Positions 1 to 12,918 of a stretch of 64,000 nt of DNA are shown piece after piece; the stretch's first letter is position 1; each line of letters begins with the position of its first letter. Made by a program: the position numbers and the translations under genes. The DNA is from Malacoraja senta (taxonomy: Eukaryota): NCBI GenBank assembly GCA_038087875.1, contig CM075988.1, forward strand, positions 6,138,001 to 6,202,000. The letters run 5' to 3'. The notes beneath the pieces are model-generated. The model did no database searches. It saw nothing but the letters and a program-made list of their open reading frames with translations, and was not told where the DNA came from.

Positions 1-9
1 AAAGAGGAG

Positions 10-122
10 ATTTCACCGGGTTTTAAAATCCGGAATACAAAAACTTGGGGGGGATGTCCCCCACCTCTCAAAACATGGGTGGGGACGTGTCCCCTCTGGC
101 CCCCCCGGGTTTTCCGCCCCTG
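10..122. mobile_element. End of a hAT-like non-autonomous DNA transposon
   Basis: Ends ...TTTTCCGCCCCTG (reverse complement CAGGGGCGG, a hAT-type terminus) with repeated GTCCCC/GGGGAC subterminal motifs. A degenerate relative lies at ~18418-18510. Confidence 0.5.
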
Positions 123-399
123 GACTCTGGGGGGAGCTGATGGGAATGTGGGCAGAATAACAAGATTTATGTGAAGGACGAGTGCACATGGGTGATTGAT
201 GGACAGCATGAACTCGATGGGCCGATGGGCCAGTTTCCATGCTTTAAAGGTTACGACTTTATGCTTGGGGATTGGAGCCTGTGCAGGGGTTAGGATTCAG
301 TCAGAGCTCCAATTATTAGGTTTTAGCAAGAGACAAAGTGATTGTAACGTTATGCAACGTAATTCATGGTGTCAACAGGGGCAGCCCAGTGCAGAGGGG

Positions 400-716
400 G
401 GGGCACAGTGGCACAGTGGGTAAACTTGCTTCCTCACAGCGCCAGGGACCCGGGTTCGATCCTGACTATGGGTGCTGTCTGTACGGAGTTTTACGTTCTC
501 CTCATGACCTGCGTGGGTTTCCTCCGGGTGTTCCAGATTTCTCTCTCATTCCAAAGACGTGCTGGTTTGTAGCTTAATTGGCCTCTGTAAATTGCCCCTG
601 GTGTGCAGGATGTAAAAGTGGGTAACATGGAACGAGTGTTTGGGTGATGAACTCGGTGTGCCGAAGGGCCTGTTTCCAAACTGTTTCTCTCAACCAAACT
701 AAACTAAACTAAACTA
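400..716 (+). mobile_element. HE1-like V-SINE, full length
   Basis: tRNA-like head (A box TGGCACAGTGG, B box GGTTCGATCC), V-domain (GGAGTTT..CGTTCTCC..GCGTGGGTTTCCTCCGGG), CR1-type 3' end GAAGGGCCTGTTTCC and an (AAACT)n tail. Confidence 0.9.
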
Positions 717-1334
717 ACCTGTTGGTTGAACAAGAAGTGTTGGAGTGATCCAGCGGGCCAAGCAGCATCTCTGGAGGACGTGGGTAGGTGACGTTTTGGG
801 TCGGGACCCTTCTTCAGACTTGTGATGTTGGTCCTCCAGAGACACCACCCAACCTACAGCACTTGGTGTTCTATCCAAGATTCCAGCATCATCAGTATCT
901 CCATCTCAACTGTTGGTGTTGTCCTCAGTAAGGTCACAAGGCTGACATTTTGCTGCATTAAAGGTGCTACAAAACTGGCTCTGAGCCCCACGGTGCGAAG
1001 GTGATGCATTCACATCAGCATCTGGGGAAAGTTGCCAGATGTGTCCTGTCCACAATATGCAGGAAACATCAAATCTAGCAAATTGCTTTTCCATCAGACT
1101 ACCCTGAGTCATAGCAAAGGTGATGGATGATGTTGTCAGCAGCTGGTCTCGGGTGGTATACCGCAGTAATTTCCCACCTTATCCTGGTGTTTGCTCTAAC
1201 AGGACCACTGACCTCTGGGCAGGGCTCGGCACAAAAGCTAAACTTGGAAGGTGAGGTGAGAGCGATTATCCTTGAATCTGGGGCAGAAATTATTCTCGCG
1301 AGACACCAAGGACCTCCAGTTCCGGAGCTTCCAG

Positions 1335-1495
1335 TTCAGTTCAGTTTATTGTCATTAGTGCTAACCAGTCAGCGGAAAGACAATACATGATTACAATCGA
1401 GTCATTCACAATGTATGATAAGGGAATAACGTTTAGTGCAAGATAAAGCCAGTAAAATACGATCAAGGATAGTCTGAGGGTCACCAATGAGGTTC
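1335..1495 (-). mobile_element. Rex/Babar LINE 3' UTR fragment
   Basis: GTTTATTGTCA...GAAAGACAATACATGATTACAATCGAG...GATAGTCTGAGGGTCACC, matching the 3' UTR of the longer Rex/Babar copies in this window. Confidence 0.75.
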
Positions 1496-1549
1496 CCTGC
1501 ACCACCCAGTCAGATGTGGGAGGTGGGAACGTTTGCTGATGATTGAATT

Positions 1550-1980
1550 TCGACTTTAGACATTAGAGATACAGTGCGGAAACAAACCCTTCCGTCCACG
1601 AGTCCATGCCAACCAGTGAACCCCATTACACTAACGCTATCCTACAATTTAGGGACAATTTTTACAATTACAAATTGACAATTTCCACCAAAGCCTGTTA
1701 ACCTACAAGCCTGTACGTCATTGGAGTGTGGGATAAAACCAGAGAACCTGTAGAAAACCCACGCGGTCACGGGGAGAACATACAAACTCAATACAGACAT
1801 CACCGGCCTGACTTTGCTAAAAATAATAAATTGTTCCTCGTGTGTAGGATAGCGCTGCTGGATGGGGATTGCTAAAAATAATAAATTGTTCCTCGTGTGT
1901 AGGATAGCGCTGCTGGATGGGGATTGCTGGTCGGCGCGGACTCCGTGAGTCGAAGGGCCTGTACCTCCAAACTAAAAAAC
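1550..1980. mobile_element. Two opposed V-SINE fragments (minus ~1550-1805, plus ~1810-1980) with a 55-bp perfect tandem duplication (1819-1873 / 1874-1928)
   Basis: V-domain on the minus strand, SINE 3' end on the plus strand. Exact repeat of AAAAATAATAAATTGTTCCTCG...GGGGATTGCT. Confidence 0.8.
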
Positions 1981-2246
1981 GAAACACTTTAAACTTTAAT
2001 CACCATCTGGGAAGAAGCAATCCACTTGATTGAATTCCCATCTAGGACTAAGCTTTCACTCTTGCCACCACAGCGCATGGTGGTCTCTCTATGTATCATA
2101 CACAAGATGATGCAGCAACTCGCCAGGGCTCCCTCAGCAACACCTCCAAAATATTTTATTATCTATGAGAAAGGAACACAGCACATGGAATCACCAACGC
2201 AATGAGTTCCCCTCCAAGTTGCACATCTGACTTGGAAAGAGTCCAT

Positions 2247-4304
2247 TGTTATATAATACTAGGGACTCAAATATAAAATTTCATTGGTATGCAGACGATA
2301 TTTTGTTATATATAACAAATTCACAAACGAGCATACCAAAATTTATTAAATTTAATAGAGGAATTTGGGTCCTTTTCTGGATATAGAATAAACTGGAACA
2401 AAATTGAAATCATGACGTTTAAACCTCAAGAATCCACACACTTATTGAAATTCCCCTTTAAAATAGCAACAGAAAAATTCAAATATTTGGGTATTCAGAT
2501 TACTAGAAAACATAAAGCTTTATTCAATGCCAATTTTATACCCTTAATAAATAAACTTAATATATTGATAAAATTTTGGAAAACACTCCACTTTATCATT
2601 AATAGGCAGAATAAATGCTATTAAAATGAGCTTCCTACCACAGTTTATTATACCTATTATCACAATCTATACCAGTATATGTACCAAATATTTTTTTTCT
2701 AAACTGAACGCTAATATTACTAATTTTGTCTGGGACTATAAATCACATAGAATTAAAAAGAACACTTATGTAAACCAAAAGATGTCGGTGGGACTTTCAC
2801 TCTCCCTAATTTTTTGTTATTACTATTGGCAATACATATTAAGAATATAATTTACTGGTTGGATAGTTCAACTCAACAGACAGAATGGATAAAAATGGAG
2901 AAGAGGAGGTTGTTATCCTTGTAATATAGGAACAATCTCTCTTCTCCCCGAAAAAAATGAACAATACAATATAGTAGAAAAAACCCAATTATACAAGATA
3001 CAATAAGAATATGGAAACAAATAAATTTATCCTTAAAATTAAGAAACCTATCATTGTTAACACCGATAGCGAATAATCCTTTATTTAAACCATCTATGAT
3101 GGATAAAATATATAATCAATGGGAAAGTTTAGGAATTAAAAGGATCGGGGACATGTATGAAATGGGGAGATTTATTATCATTTTCAACAATTACAATTAA
3201 AATTTAAACTGAAAAACACTCATTATTTTAAATATTTTCAGATTTGTAATTTTTTGAAGACATACATACAGGGATATCAAAAAATAACTCCTGATTTACT
3301 AGAAGAAGTAATGAATATAAAAGCTGATACACAAAAATTAATATCATATTTATATAATAGTATCTTAAATATAGATTTACCTGTGACCGAGGTAATTAGA
3401 GAAGAGTGGGGAACGGGAATTATTGATAAAAATTACGAAGGCTACATGGGAAAAGTATTTGACATACATTCACAAGTGTTCGATTAACGCAAGACATAAT
3501 CTAATCCAATTTAAAATTTTACATAGATTATATTACCTCAAAAACAAGATTAAATAAATGTTATCCAAATTATATCGCCCATTTGCGATAAATGTTTAAC
3601 CCAAGACGCAACTATAACACACTCTTTTGTTTCTTGTATAAAACTTCATGGATTTTGGAGTGATATTTTCGAAATATTTACAAAACTATTTAAGACAAAA
3701 ATGGAACCCAATAATGAATTGATTATATTTGGGGTAATGGAAGACGGGAACAAATTGAGCTCATCTCAAAAGTCAATTTTTAATTATGGTTTTAATAATA
3801 GCAAAAAAATTAATATTGAAATTTTGGGAAAAATACACCAATACCAACGCTCAAATGTGGATTGCAAGTATGTTGGATACCGCACATCTTGAGGAAATGC
3901 GGATTCCTCCTAATAGATAAATTTTGATCAATTCATAACGAGTTGGTCTCCATTTGTCGTCTTTTTGGAAACATATGGTGCAAAACAGGTGTAAAAGCTA
4001 ATCCGTGACTGCGGATGGTCAAGATTATAAATGATCTCCTTACTTCTATTTTCTTTTCTTCTCTTCTCTTCTTTTATTCTCTTTCTTCTATTTTCTATGT
4101 CTCAACTTTCTTTTTTCATTCTTTATTTTTCTTTTTCACACACTATATATCTCACATTTTTCTATTTTTCATTATCTAACTTTTTTCTTTTTCTTCTTTA
4201 TTTCAAAATTTTTTGTAAATAAGAAGCTGTACATAAAAGGTATTATGAAAATATGATTGTATACAATTGTACTTACTTCTAATAAAATAAAAATATTTTA
4301 AAAA
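2247..4304 (+). mobile_element. 5'-truncated L1-clade LINE (ORF2 RT C-half, CCHC knuckle, 3' UTR), multiply frameshifted
   Basis: YADDILLYI, EFGSFSGYRINWNK, FKYLGIQIT and CDKCLTQDATITHSFVSC motifs; AATAAA near the 3' end; 12-bp TSD GAAAGAGTCCAT (2235-2246 / 4305-4316). Confidence 0.92.
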
Positions 4305-4334
4305 GAAAGAGTCCATCATATTTTTCATTACATT

Positions 4335-4642
4335 AGACGTTATACTTTAGAGATGTAGCACAGAAACAGGCCCATTGGCCCAGCAAGTCCACGCCGCCCA
4401 GCGATCACCTCGTACACTAGCACTATCCCACACACTAGGGACAATTTACAACTTTTACCAAAGCCAATTAACCTACAAACCTGTGTGTCTTTGGACTGTG
4501 GGAGGAAACGAGCTTCGGGAGAAAACCCACGTGGTCACGGGGAGAATGTACAAACTCCGCATAGGCAGTACCCATAGTCAGGATCGAACCAGGGTCTTTG
4601 GCGCTGTAAGGCAGCAACTCTACCAAAGTGCCACCGTGCTGT
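4335..4642 (-). mobile_element. HE1-like V-SINE
   Basis: Reverse-complement head, B box, V-domain and CR1-type tail. Confidence 0.88.
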
Positions 4643-5471
4643 CCTGAACTTCTGCATGCAGTTCAATAAATTATTATAAATACTTAAGCACAATCCCAGA
4701 TTAAGTACATAGCCCATTGTGAGCACATGTAAGAGTCACTAGGTTGTGGTGTCATATTGAAACTCCAAGTTGCCGTTGGCCATAAAGGGCCGCTGTCCTT
4801 GCGGTGTTGCACGGTCGGCCTGGCCAAGCGGAGTTGTAGGTGTTCTCCATAGCTGCTGCCACTCTCTGTCCCACTGCAGGCCACGTCGGGTCCGTGCGCT
4901 TGGTCTCCTAGAGTGGCACCTGCCTGGTCCAGGCGAGCCCCAGGCTGCTGCAGGGCCTCCAGCCATCGTCTCGATACAGATTGCCTTGCGAAACATTGTC
5001 CCTCTCCTGGCCCAGCCACCTTCAGTCTTCATGCCCGTGCGACGCTTCCCACAGCCGGCCTTAAGGGTGCGGAACATAAAACCCCGGTTCCTCGTACCGC
5101 CCCTTTGCTCTGGTTTGCACTGTCGCCGACTCCCTCCAAACCTCCTCTCTGCTTCTCTGGTCACTGGGGATGAGCGGGGGCTGGGCTCAGTGACTCCTTC
5201 CAGGCAGGTTCCCAGTTCCACGATGGGTGAGCCAGGCCTGTTGCCAGTGGATAGCTGCGGCTTGGTGGTCTACTGCCACGTGGCACGATGGTCTTCATTC
5301 ATGGGTGTCCCTTGAGAATGAACACGTGATGTCCACGGCCACCATGGAAGGGTTCTGGGACCACTGATCACTGCGGAAGATTGACTATATCCTGGATCAA
5401 GGATTGCGACATTTTTTTTTGGATATTTAGTAATAAGAATACTTGGTCATTTTTCTATTATGGTAGTGGGT

Positions 5472-6560
5472 CAGTTTAGTTTATTGTCATGTGTACCGAG
5501 GTGCAGTGAAAAGCTTTTGTTGTGTGCTATCCAGTCAGCAGAAAGTCAATACATGACTATAATCGAGCCATTTACTGTGTATGGATGCATCAAAAGGTAT
5601 CAAAGGTATCAAAGGTATCAAAGGTATTTTATTTGTCACATTCACATACACCCAGGTGTAGTGAAGTGAAATGCTTCTTGCCATTTTGCAGCACACAAAA
5701 AAAAGAGAATACAGACATAACACCAATAAGAGTCTTAAACACAAAGAACATCCCCCCACAATGGCTCCCACCATGAGGGAAGGCACAAAGTCCAGTCCCC
5801 AACCCCAGTTCACCCATAGTCCGGGCCCATTGAGGCCTCCACAGTTGCCTCTACGGAGGCCCGATGTTCCAGGCCGTTCTCGCCGGGTGATGTTGCTCCG
5901 GCTTCGGGAGAGTCCTCCCAGCGGCCTGGGAACCCTGGAACGGCCGCTTCCGCACTGGAGGCCGTGGCTTCCGAAGCCAACAAGACCGCGCCGGTTGGAG
6001 CTCCACAACTGGCGATCTCATCTAGAGATCCCAGGCTCCCGGTGTAAAGTTCAGCGCCGCCGCCCACAGCTGGTCGCTCCACAGTCCCGCAGCTCCACGA
6101 TGTTTTCCCCAGCGATCCTCAGCTCACCGGAGCTCCAGCAGTAAGGGAATAATGTTTAGTGCAAGGCAAAGCCAGCAAAGTCCGATCAAGTACAGTCTGA
6201 GGGTCATCAAAGAGGTAATAGTTGTATTGCATTGCTCTCTGGTTGTGATAGGATGGTTCAGTTGCCTGATAACAGGTGGGAAGAAACTGTCCTTGAATCT
6301 GGAGATGTGCGCTTTCACACTTCTGTACTGATGGGAGAGGGGAGAAGAGGGAGTGACCAGGGTGCGACTCGTCCTTGATTATGCTGCTGGCCTTGCCGAG
6401 ACAGGGTGAAGTGGAGATGGAGTCAATGGAAGGGAGGTTGGTTTGTGTGATGGTCTGGGCTGCGTCTACAATTCTCTGCAAGGGATGGAGTTGTTTGCAA
6501 ATATACTGTGATGCATCCCGATAAAATGCGTTCTATGGCACATCTGTAGAAGTTAGTGTG
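5472..6560 (-). mobile_element. Rex/Babar LINE 3' fragment split by a nested element at 5589-6141
   Basis: Minus-strand LQRIVDAAQTITQTNLPSIDSI..CLGKASSIIKDESHPGHSLFSPLPS..SRFKDSFFPPVIRQLN, a typical Rex1/Babar C-terminus. Confidence 0.88.
5589..6141 (-). mobile_element. GC/CpG-rich non-autonomous retroposon, 5'-truncated, unclassified
   Basis: 9-bp tandem tail (ATCAAAGGT)n next to TTTATTTGTCA; interrupts a Rex 3' UTR; shares architecture with 27628-28453. Confidence 0.65.
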
Positions 6561-7064
6561 TTGTTATTATTTGTAAATATTGTAAATAATTGAATACATT
6601 TACATTTGTAAAAAAAAAATGCTTCGTTCAAATACTAATTTCCCATCCCCTGGTTATCTCTGAATGAGGGAATAGTGAAGAGTCAACTGGCTGAGGAGGC
6701 TTTCAGACGTCATATCGGGTGAAGCAGCAGGTTTACTCTGATGGCCATGGGTTAACCAAATGGGCGGTTTCATGGCCAACATTACAAAGACTGTTTCAGA
6801 TTTATTCAATGATTTGAGTTTAAATTCCCCAGCTGCTGTGATGAGATTAGAACATTTTATTTACAGATCAATGGTGCAGGCTGCTGGATTTTCAGTCATT
6901 TAACCAGCATGATCGGATACCAACTGCACTATTAGTGAAGTGGTATTTGGTTTTAAAATCAGGAGAAGCAATTAATGGAAATTAGTCACGGCAATGGATT
7001 GAAAAACACTTGGCCACAGATTATGCTGCAGTCTTATAATCATCAGTGCATGAGGCAGCGCACT

Positions 7065-7560
7065 CATACATGTATAACAAATAGGCCGCACTCATAGTGA
7101 TCTCTCTGGAGATTCACACGGACACACACATACAAACACGCATGCACACATTCACTCACACAAACAAGCACACACACACGCACACCCACACACACACACA
7201 CACTGACTTGATACATTACATGATCACCCCTCAGGCTCATGAGTCTGACACACACACACACACATACACACACTCATACAAATACACAAGCACACAAATA
7301 CTCACACCCATATAAATACACAAGTGCACAATGCTCACACATATGCACACAAGCACACATATACTTGCACACTGACATTATACACTACACGATCACCCCT
7401 CAGGCTCATACAGTACTCATACAAATACTCCAGCACACAAATACACACACGCATATGAATACATAAGCACACAGTGCTCACACATATGCACACATGCACA
7501 CAAACACACACACAAACACATACACCCGTATGCAACCACATAAACACACCTTCTTACATG
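7065..7560. repeat. CA-rich low-complexity tract with a ~170-bp degenerate internal duplication
   Basis: (CA)n runs; CACTGAC..ATACA.TACA.GATCACCCCTCAGGCTCAT recurs at ~7201 and ~7370. Confidence 0.8.
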
Positions 7561-7619
7561 TATGCTAATCCTTCAGTCTTCTTTACTGCTTCAATGTGTG
7601 ACAGTAATCTAATTTAATT

Positions 7620-8380
7620 CAGATACGTGTGAGATGTTACATTTTTGGTACCAAATCAGGGCACATCCTTCACAGTGAATGGTCGGCTCTGGGGAGTGTT
7701 GTAGAGTTGTGGCAACTAGGAGCACAGGTACATAGCTCCCTGAAAATAGCATCACAGGTAGGGTGGTGAAAAAGTCTTCTGGCACATTGATAGGAAAGAC
7801 CTGGCAAGTTGGCCTTATGTTAGGGTATTGAGTATGGAATTTGGGACATGATGTTATAGTTGTACAAGATGTTGATGAGGCCGCACTTGGAGTATTGAGC
7901 CACTACTGGAATGATGCCAATAAGAGAGTAGAGAGTGCAGGGAAGATTTATGAGGATGTTGCAGGCCTCATGAGCCTGAGGTGTAAGAAGACGTTGAGCA
8001 GGACTTTATTTGAAGAGTACAGGAATTTGAGGGGTGATCTTACAGAGGTGTATAGAGTTATTTTCCCAGGGTAGAGGATTCAAGAACTAGAGGGTATAGG
8101 TTTCAGGTGAGAGGGGAAATATTTAATAGGAACTTGAGGGTCAATTTTTCCACTCTGAGGCTGGTAGGTACATGGAACAAGCTGCCAGAGGAGATGGTTG
8201 AGGCAGTTACAATAACAACATTTAAGAGATGTTTGGACAGATACATGGATAGGAAAGGTTTTGAGGGAAAAGGGTCAAACGCGGGCAAAAGGGACTAGCG
8301 TAGATTGGGCATTTTGGGTTAGTATGGATGAGTTGGGCTGAAGGGCTTGTTTCTGTGCTTATGTCTCTATGACTGACTAT
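7620..8380 (+). mobile_element. Degraded CR1 (HER1-like) 3' fragment
   Basis: RNLRGDLTEVY and FNRNLRVNFSTLRLVGTWNKLPEEMVEA..FKRCLD; 3' end GGGCTGAAGGGCTTGTTTC. Confidence 0.85.
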
Positions 8381-8489
8381 GAATTGAGCCCTAGGTTCTC
8401 AGAACTCAGCCTTCTTTATACTGGTGGTCTATACCTTCAACACAGTGAGGCTGCACAGTACATCCATGTTCAGGGACAGCCAGAAGTCC

Positions 8490-9045
8490 TACATGTCCCC
8501 AACAACCCTCACCAACTTTTACAGATGCACCATAGAGAGCATTTTATCGGGATGCTTCACAGCAACTCCACCCAAGACCGCATGAAATTGCAGAGAATTG
8601 TGGACGCAGCCCAGAACATCACCAAACCAACCTCTCTTCCATTGACTCCATTTACACTTCACACTGCATTGGCAAGGCCAGCAACATAATCAAGGACGAG
8701 TCGCACCCCGGTCACTCCCTCTTCTCCCCTCTCCCATCAGGCAAGAGGTGCAGTAGCATGAAAACACACACGTCCTGGTTCAGAGACAGTTTCTTCCCAG
8801 CTGTTATCAGGCAACTGAACCATCCTATCACCAATTTAGAGAGCGGTCCTGTCCTCCCATCTACCTCAATGGAAACCCTCGGACTATCTGCAATCAGACT
8901 TCACAGGACTTTATCTTGCACTAAACATTATTCCCTTTACCATGTATCTGTACACTTCTAACAATGTATAGTCTTTACGGTGACTGGATAGCATGCAACA
9001 CAAAAGCTCTTCACTGTACCTCGGTACACGTGACAATAATAAACT
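8490..9045 (+). mobile_element. Rex/Babar LINE 3' fragment
   Basis: DRMKLQRIVDAAQNI and KTHTSWFRDSFFPAVIRQLN; terminal TTCACTGTACCTCGGTACACGTGACAATAA. Confidence 0.85.
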
Positions 9046-9669
9046 TATCTGATGAAGTTCCTGGAGAAGGTGATCAGCATTACAAAGGAGCGTGCTTCAC
9101 CATGACCTCAAGCTCTGAGTAATGTGGTCCTTTTGTGCTCCACCAATGTCAGCACTGACCTTCCACAGAGATTCCATCCATTGTACTCTCGTTTTTTTCC
9201 CCCAAAATAGACAAAATAGGCTCATAAAGATGGTGGAGTCAAGGGATATGGGGAAAAGGCAGGTACAGGCAACTGATTGTGGATGATCATCCATGATCAC
9301 CGTGAATGGCGGTGCTGGCTCGATGGGCCAAATGGCCTACTCCTGCACCTTTGTCTATTGTCAAGTAAATAAATATATACAATACAGGAACCGTGCAAAA
9401 AATTCATCCGACATTCTTGGAGGCTATGCATACATTCAATGCTGTTTACCCCAAATCACAATTATACCCCACAGCCTTGCCACTTATGTGGCATTGTGCT
9501 CTCGATGTCTAACCTCCCTGTGATAGACTGAGCAGTGCGGAGCATGGGATGGCAGTGGCGTTACCTCCACATGGATGACGGGTGACCGCCCAGACCGCCC
9601 AGATCGGTCAGCATGAGTCCTGGTGTGCGGAATGGCTCCAGTGGGAGGGGAAGGGGCTTACGGGTAGCA

Positions 9670-9856
9670 GGAATTGTAGATGCTGGATTAAACCGAAGAT
9701 AGACACAAAATGCTGGAGTAACTCAGCAGGACTGGCAGCATCTGTGGAGAGAAGGAATGGGTGACGTTGGGTCTTGACCCAAAACATCACCCATTCCTTC
9801 TCTCCAGAGATGCTGCCTGTCTGGCTGAGTTACTGCGGCATTTTGTGTCTATCTTC
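9670..9856. mobile_element. Penelope-derived fold-back element
   Basis: Inverted arms AGACACAAAATGCTGGAGTAACTCAGC...GCTGAGTTACTGCGGCATTTTGTGTCT. Confidence 0.75.
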
Positions 9857-9919
9857 AGTACCTTGGATTGTTCCCCATTTCAGACCAGGATTTGCAATGC
9901 AGGCGTCCAGGCATGAATA

Positions 9920-10825
9920 CTGTGTGTTCACACACACAGGCACAGGTACACATATATGCATATGAACATACAGACACATATATGTAAACAAACATATATA
10001 CACACACACACAGTCACATGTGCATATACATGCATGGACGCAGAGATTCACACATATATACATACAAACACAGGCATAGATATACACACATATGTATACA
10101 AACATTCAGAGACATACATATACACAAACATATAAATACATACCCAGACACGTATGCATATACATTTAGTTCAGTTTAGTTTAGTTTAGAGTTGCAATGC
10201 AGAAACAGGCCCTTCAGCCCATCGAGTCCGTGGCAACCAGTGAACCTTGATCCTACACAAACTAGGGACAATGTACAATTTTTACCAAAGCAAATTAACC
10301 TCCAGACCTGCACGTCTTTGTAGTGCGGGAGGAAACCGGAGTACCCGGGGAAAACCCACGTGGTCACGGGGAGAACGTACAAACTCCCTACAGACAGCAC
10401 CCATAGTCAGGATCAAACCTGGGTCTCTAATGCAGCAACTCTACCGCTGTGCCACTATGCCACCACTAACGCGTCCTACATATATACACACAAATAGAGG
10501 CACTGACACACACACGTGTATACAAACATACAGAATCGTACTTATGCACCGATATATAAATACATACACGCACATATGCATATACGTACATGGACACAAT
10601 AATACACACACAAATACAGGCAGTGATATACAGGCATGTATACATATATACAGATGCACACATAGGTATACGACAAGTAGAGATACACATACACTGACAT
10701 ATACACACACACACAGGTGCACAGGTAAAGTCTCACACAAGTTCTGAACACTCATAAGCGCGTGCAGACACATGCACGCAACACATACACACACACACAC
10801 AGATATACATAGAGACAAACAATGA
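9920..10825. repeat. CA/TA-rich low-complexity tract containing a minus-strand V-SINE (~10165-10465)
   Basis: Degenerate (CA)n/(TACA)n flanking a SINE with a (TTTAG)n tail. Confidence 0.85.
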
Positions 10826-11554
10826 CCGGACACTGCGGGCAGCAGTTATTTATTTTATACCAGTGATTGTTGCTGGGTGTTCTTGCCACTTAAACAGTGT
10901 GCTGAGTGTGTTACTGAGGAGACAACTGGACGCAGCTAATGGGCTGGCTGCTCTTGTGTGCGAGTTGGGGTGAGGAGGGGGGGTGGGTTGGCTGCGGTCA
11001 CCCCTGCCTTCCCCTGCGTCCCTGGGCTTTTTATGGGGGTGTTACTGGCGGAGTGCGCCTGCCCCCCCGCTGCCCTGCCACACCACAGCTCAGCCTCTGT
11101 GAGTCCAAACCCCACCGTTCACTCACAACCCCCAGCACTGGACACAGACAAAAAAAAACACTCCCTCTTAATCTGAAGCCATGGCTGCTCCCAATGCTTT
11201 GTCTCTGCTCAACCTGCAGTTGGACCCCTGTTTTTGTCCAAACACACCGAGTGCCAGAGGCGATTAGTCTCCCCTCATCAGCCAGCCTGGTTACAGCAGT
11301 GTGGAGTCTCACTGCTCCTTCCACCCTTCCCCTCTCAAACATTCCACAATGGGAAGTCACTTAAAGAGACTAAGCAAATATCTTTGTCCCCGGAACAAAA
11401 GCCCATCGCCCTTGTGAAGGACTTGTGAAGAAGCAAGACAGACACAGCTCTCCCGTCAAAAAGGTCGGAGTTATTCTTAAAGCTGAAGGCACACTTAACC
11501 AATTCACCATAACTCTTATTCCTTAAATGCTATGAAACATGCACAATTAAACAG

Positions 11555-12155
11555 AGAGATGTTGCCAGGACTCGAGGGCCTGAGCTATCGGGAGATATTG
11601 AGCAGGCTAGGACTTTATTCCTTGGAGCGCAGGAGGATGAGGGGTGATCTTAAAGAGGTGTATAAGATCATGAGGGGAACGGATCGGATAGATGCACAGA
11701 GTCTTTTACCAAGAGTGGGGGAATCAAGAACCAGAGGACATAGGTTGAAGGTGAGGGTGGAAAGATTTAATAGGAACCTGAGGGACAATGTTTTTACATA
11801 AAAGGTGGTGGGTGTACGGATTGAGCTGCCAAAGGAGGTAATTCAGGCAGGTGCTATCACAACATTTAAAAAACATTGGAGAGGTACATGGATAGGATAA
11901 ATCCTTGATTAGTAAGGGTGTCAAAGGTCATGGGGAAAAGGCAGGAGAATAGGGTTGAGAGGGAAAGATACATTTGCCATGATTGAATGGCAGAGTAGAC
12001 TTGATGGGCAGAATGGCCTAATTCTGTTCCTATGACTTATGAACATGATAGCTTTAGAGGGATCTGGGCCAAACATAGGCAGGTGGGACTAGTGTCGAGG
12101 GGGCAGGTTGTCGGCGGGGGCAAGTTGGGCTGAAGGGCCTGTTTCCACACTGATG
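11555..12155 (+). mobile_element. CR1 (HER1-like) 3' fragments, two subfamilies interleaved
   Basis: MLPGLEGLSYRE.LSRLGLYSLERRRMRGDLKEVYKIMRG..SRTRGHRLKV. Confidence 0.9.
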
Positions 12156-12524
12156 AAGCTGTATGGTAGTTTCTTTACACAGAGTAGTGGGTGTCTGGAT
12201 CACGCTGCCAGGGCTGGTGATGGATGCGAATGCGACAGTGATGTTTATGAGGCTTACGGATATGCAAGGAATGGAGGGATATGGAGTATGTGCCGGTAGT
12301 GGAAATTAGTTACACTTGGCGTCAGACATTGGCACAGACATTGTGGGCCAAAGGGCCTTTGTCCGTCCTGTACTGATCGAGAGATGGACACAAGGTACTG
12401 GAGTAACTGAGCGGGTCACTCCCACTTTGCGTCCATCATTGGTACAAACCAGCATCTGCAGTTCTTTGTGTCTACTGTACTGATCTATGTTCTTTGTGAA
12501 CGGCTCGGACTTCACAAACCCTAA

Positions 12525-12860
12525 TTTTGACTCCATCATTTCTCTTTTTACTCCAGCCATCAGGAAGAAGGTATCAGAGTTCAAAAACTGTACGTCCAGC
12601 TACAGGGACAGGTTCTTCCCAACAGTCATCAGCTTATTGAACACGATGAACTCCAACTAAACTCTGAACTACAAACTGCCTGGGTTGTACCAGGGACTTT
12701 GGGCTTCATTTTATTGCACTATATTGTTTGTTTTTTAAATTTATTTGAACTTTTTTGTTTGTTTATTATGCTCTGTGTTTACAAATCTCTCATGCGGTTG
12801 CTGCAAGTAAGGATTTTACTGTCCCGTTTTGGGACATATGACAATAAAACACTCTTGACA
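12525..12860 (+). mobile_element. Rex/Babar-like 3' fragment, second family
   Basis: LQPSGRRYQSSKTVRP..RDRFFPTVISLLN-like remnant; ends ATGACAATAAAACACTCTTGAC. Confidence 0.65.
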
Positions 12861-12918
12861 CTTCACCCTCAGGCAGAAATTTCCAGCTTTCAAAAAATGT
12901 TGATCTCGAGATCTCTTC

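Larger units (their letters stand above)
930..2246 (+). mobile_element. Old, heavily degraded CR1-group LINE ORF2 remnant, interrupted by Rex, SINE and L1 insertions
   Basis: Degenerate RT motifs: CPVH..QETSNLAN..VIAKVMD (~1040-1130) and KLNLEGEVRAIILE..RHQG (1234-1312, matching EVR..LDI..AFDRVWHQG). C-terminal remnant at ~2000-2246. Confidence 0.6.

Noticed and set aside
400..470. tRNA genes suggested by A/B boxes
   Set aside because: Each box pair runs directly into the V-domain and lacks a full cloverleaf, so these are SINE heads.
10247..10833. Long ORFs rich in C/V/Y or H/T
   Set aside because: Translations of CA/TG low-complexity sequence and a SINE.
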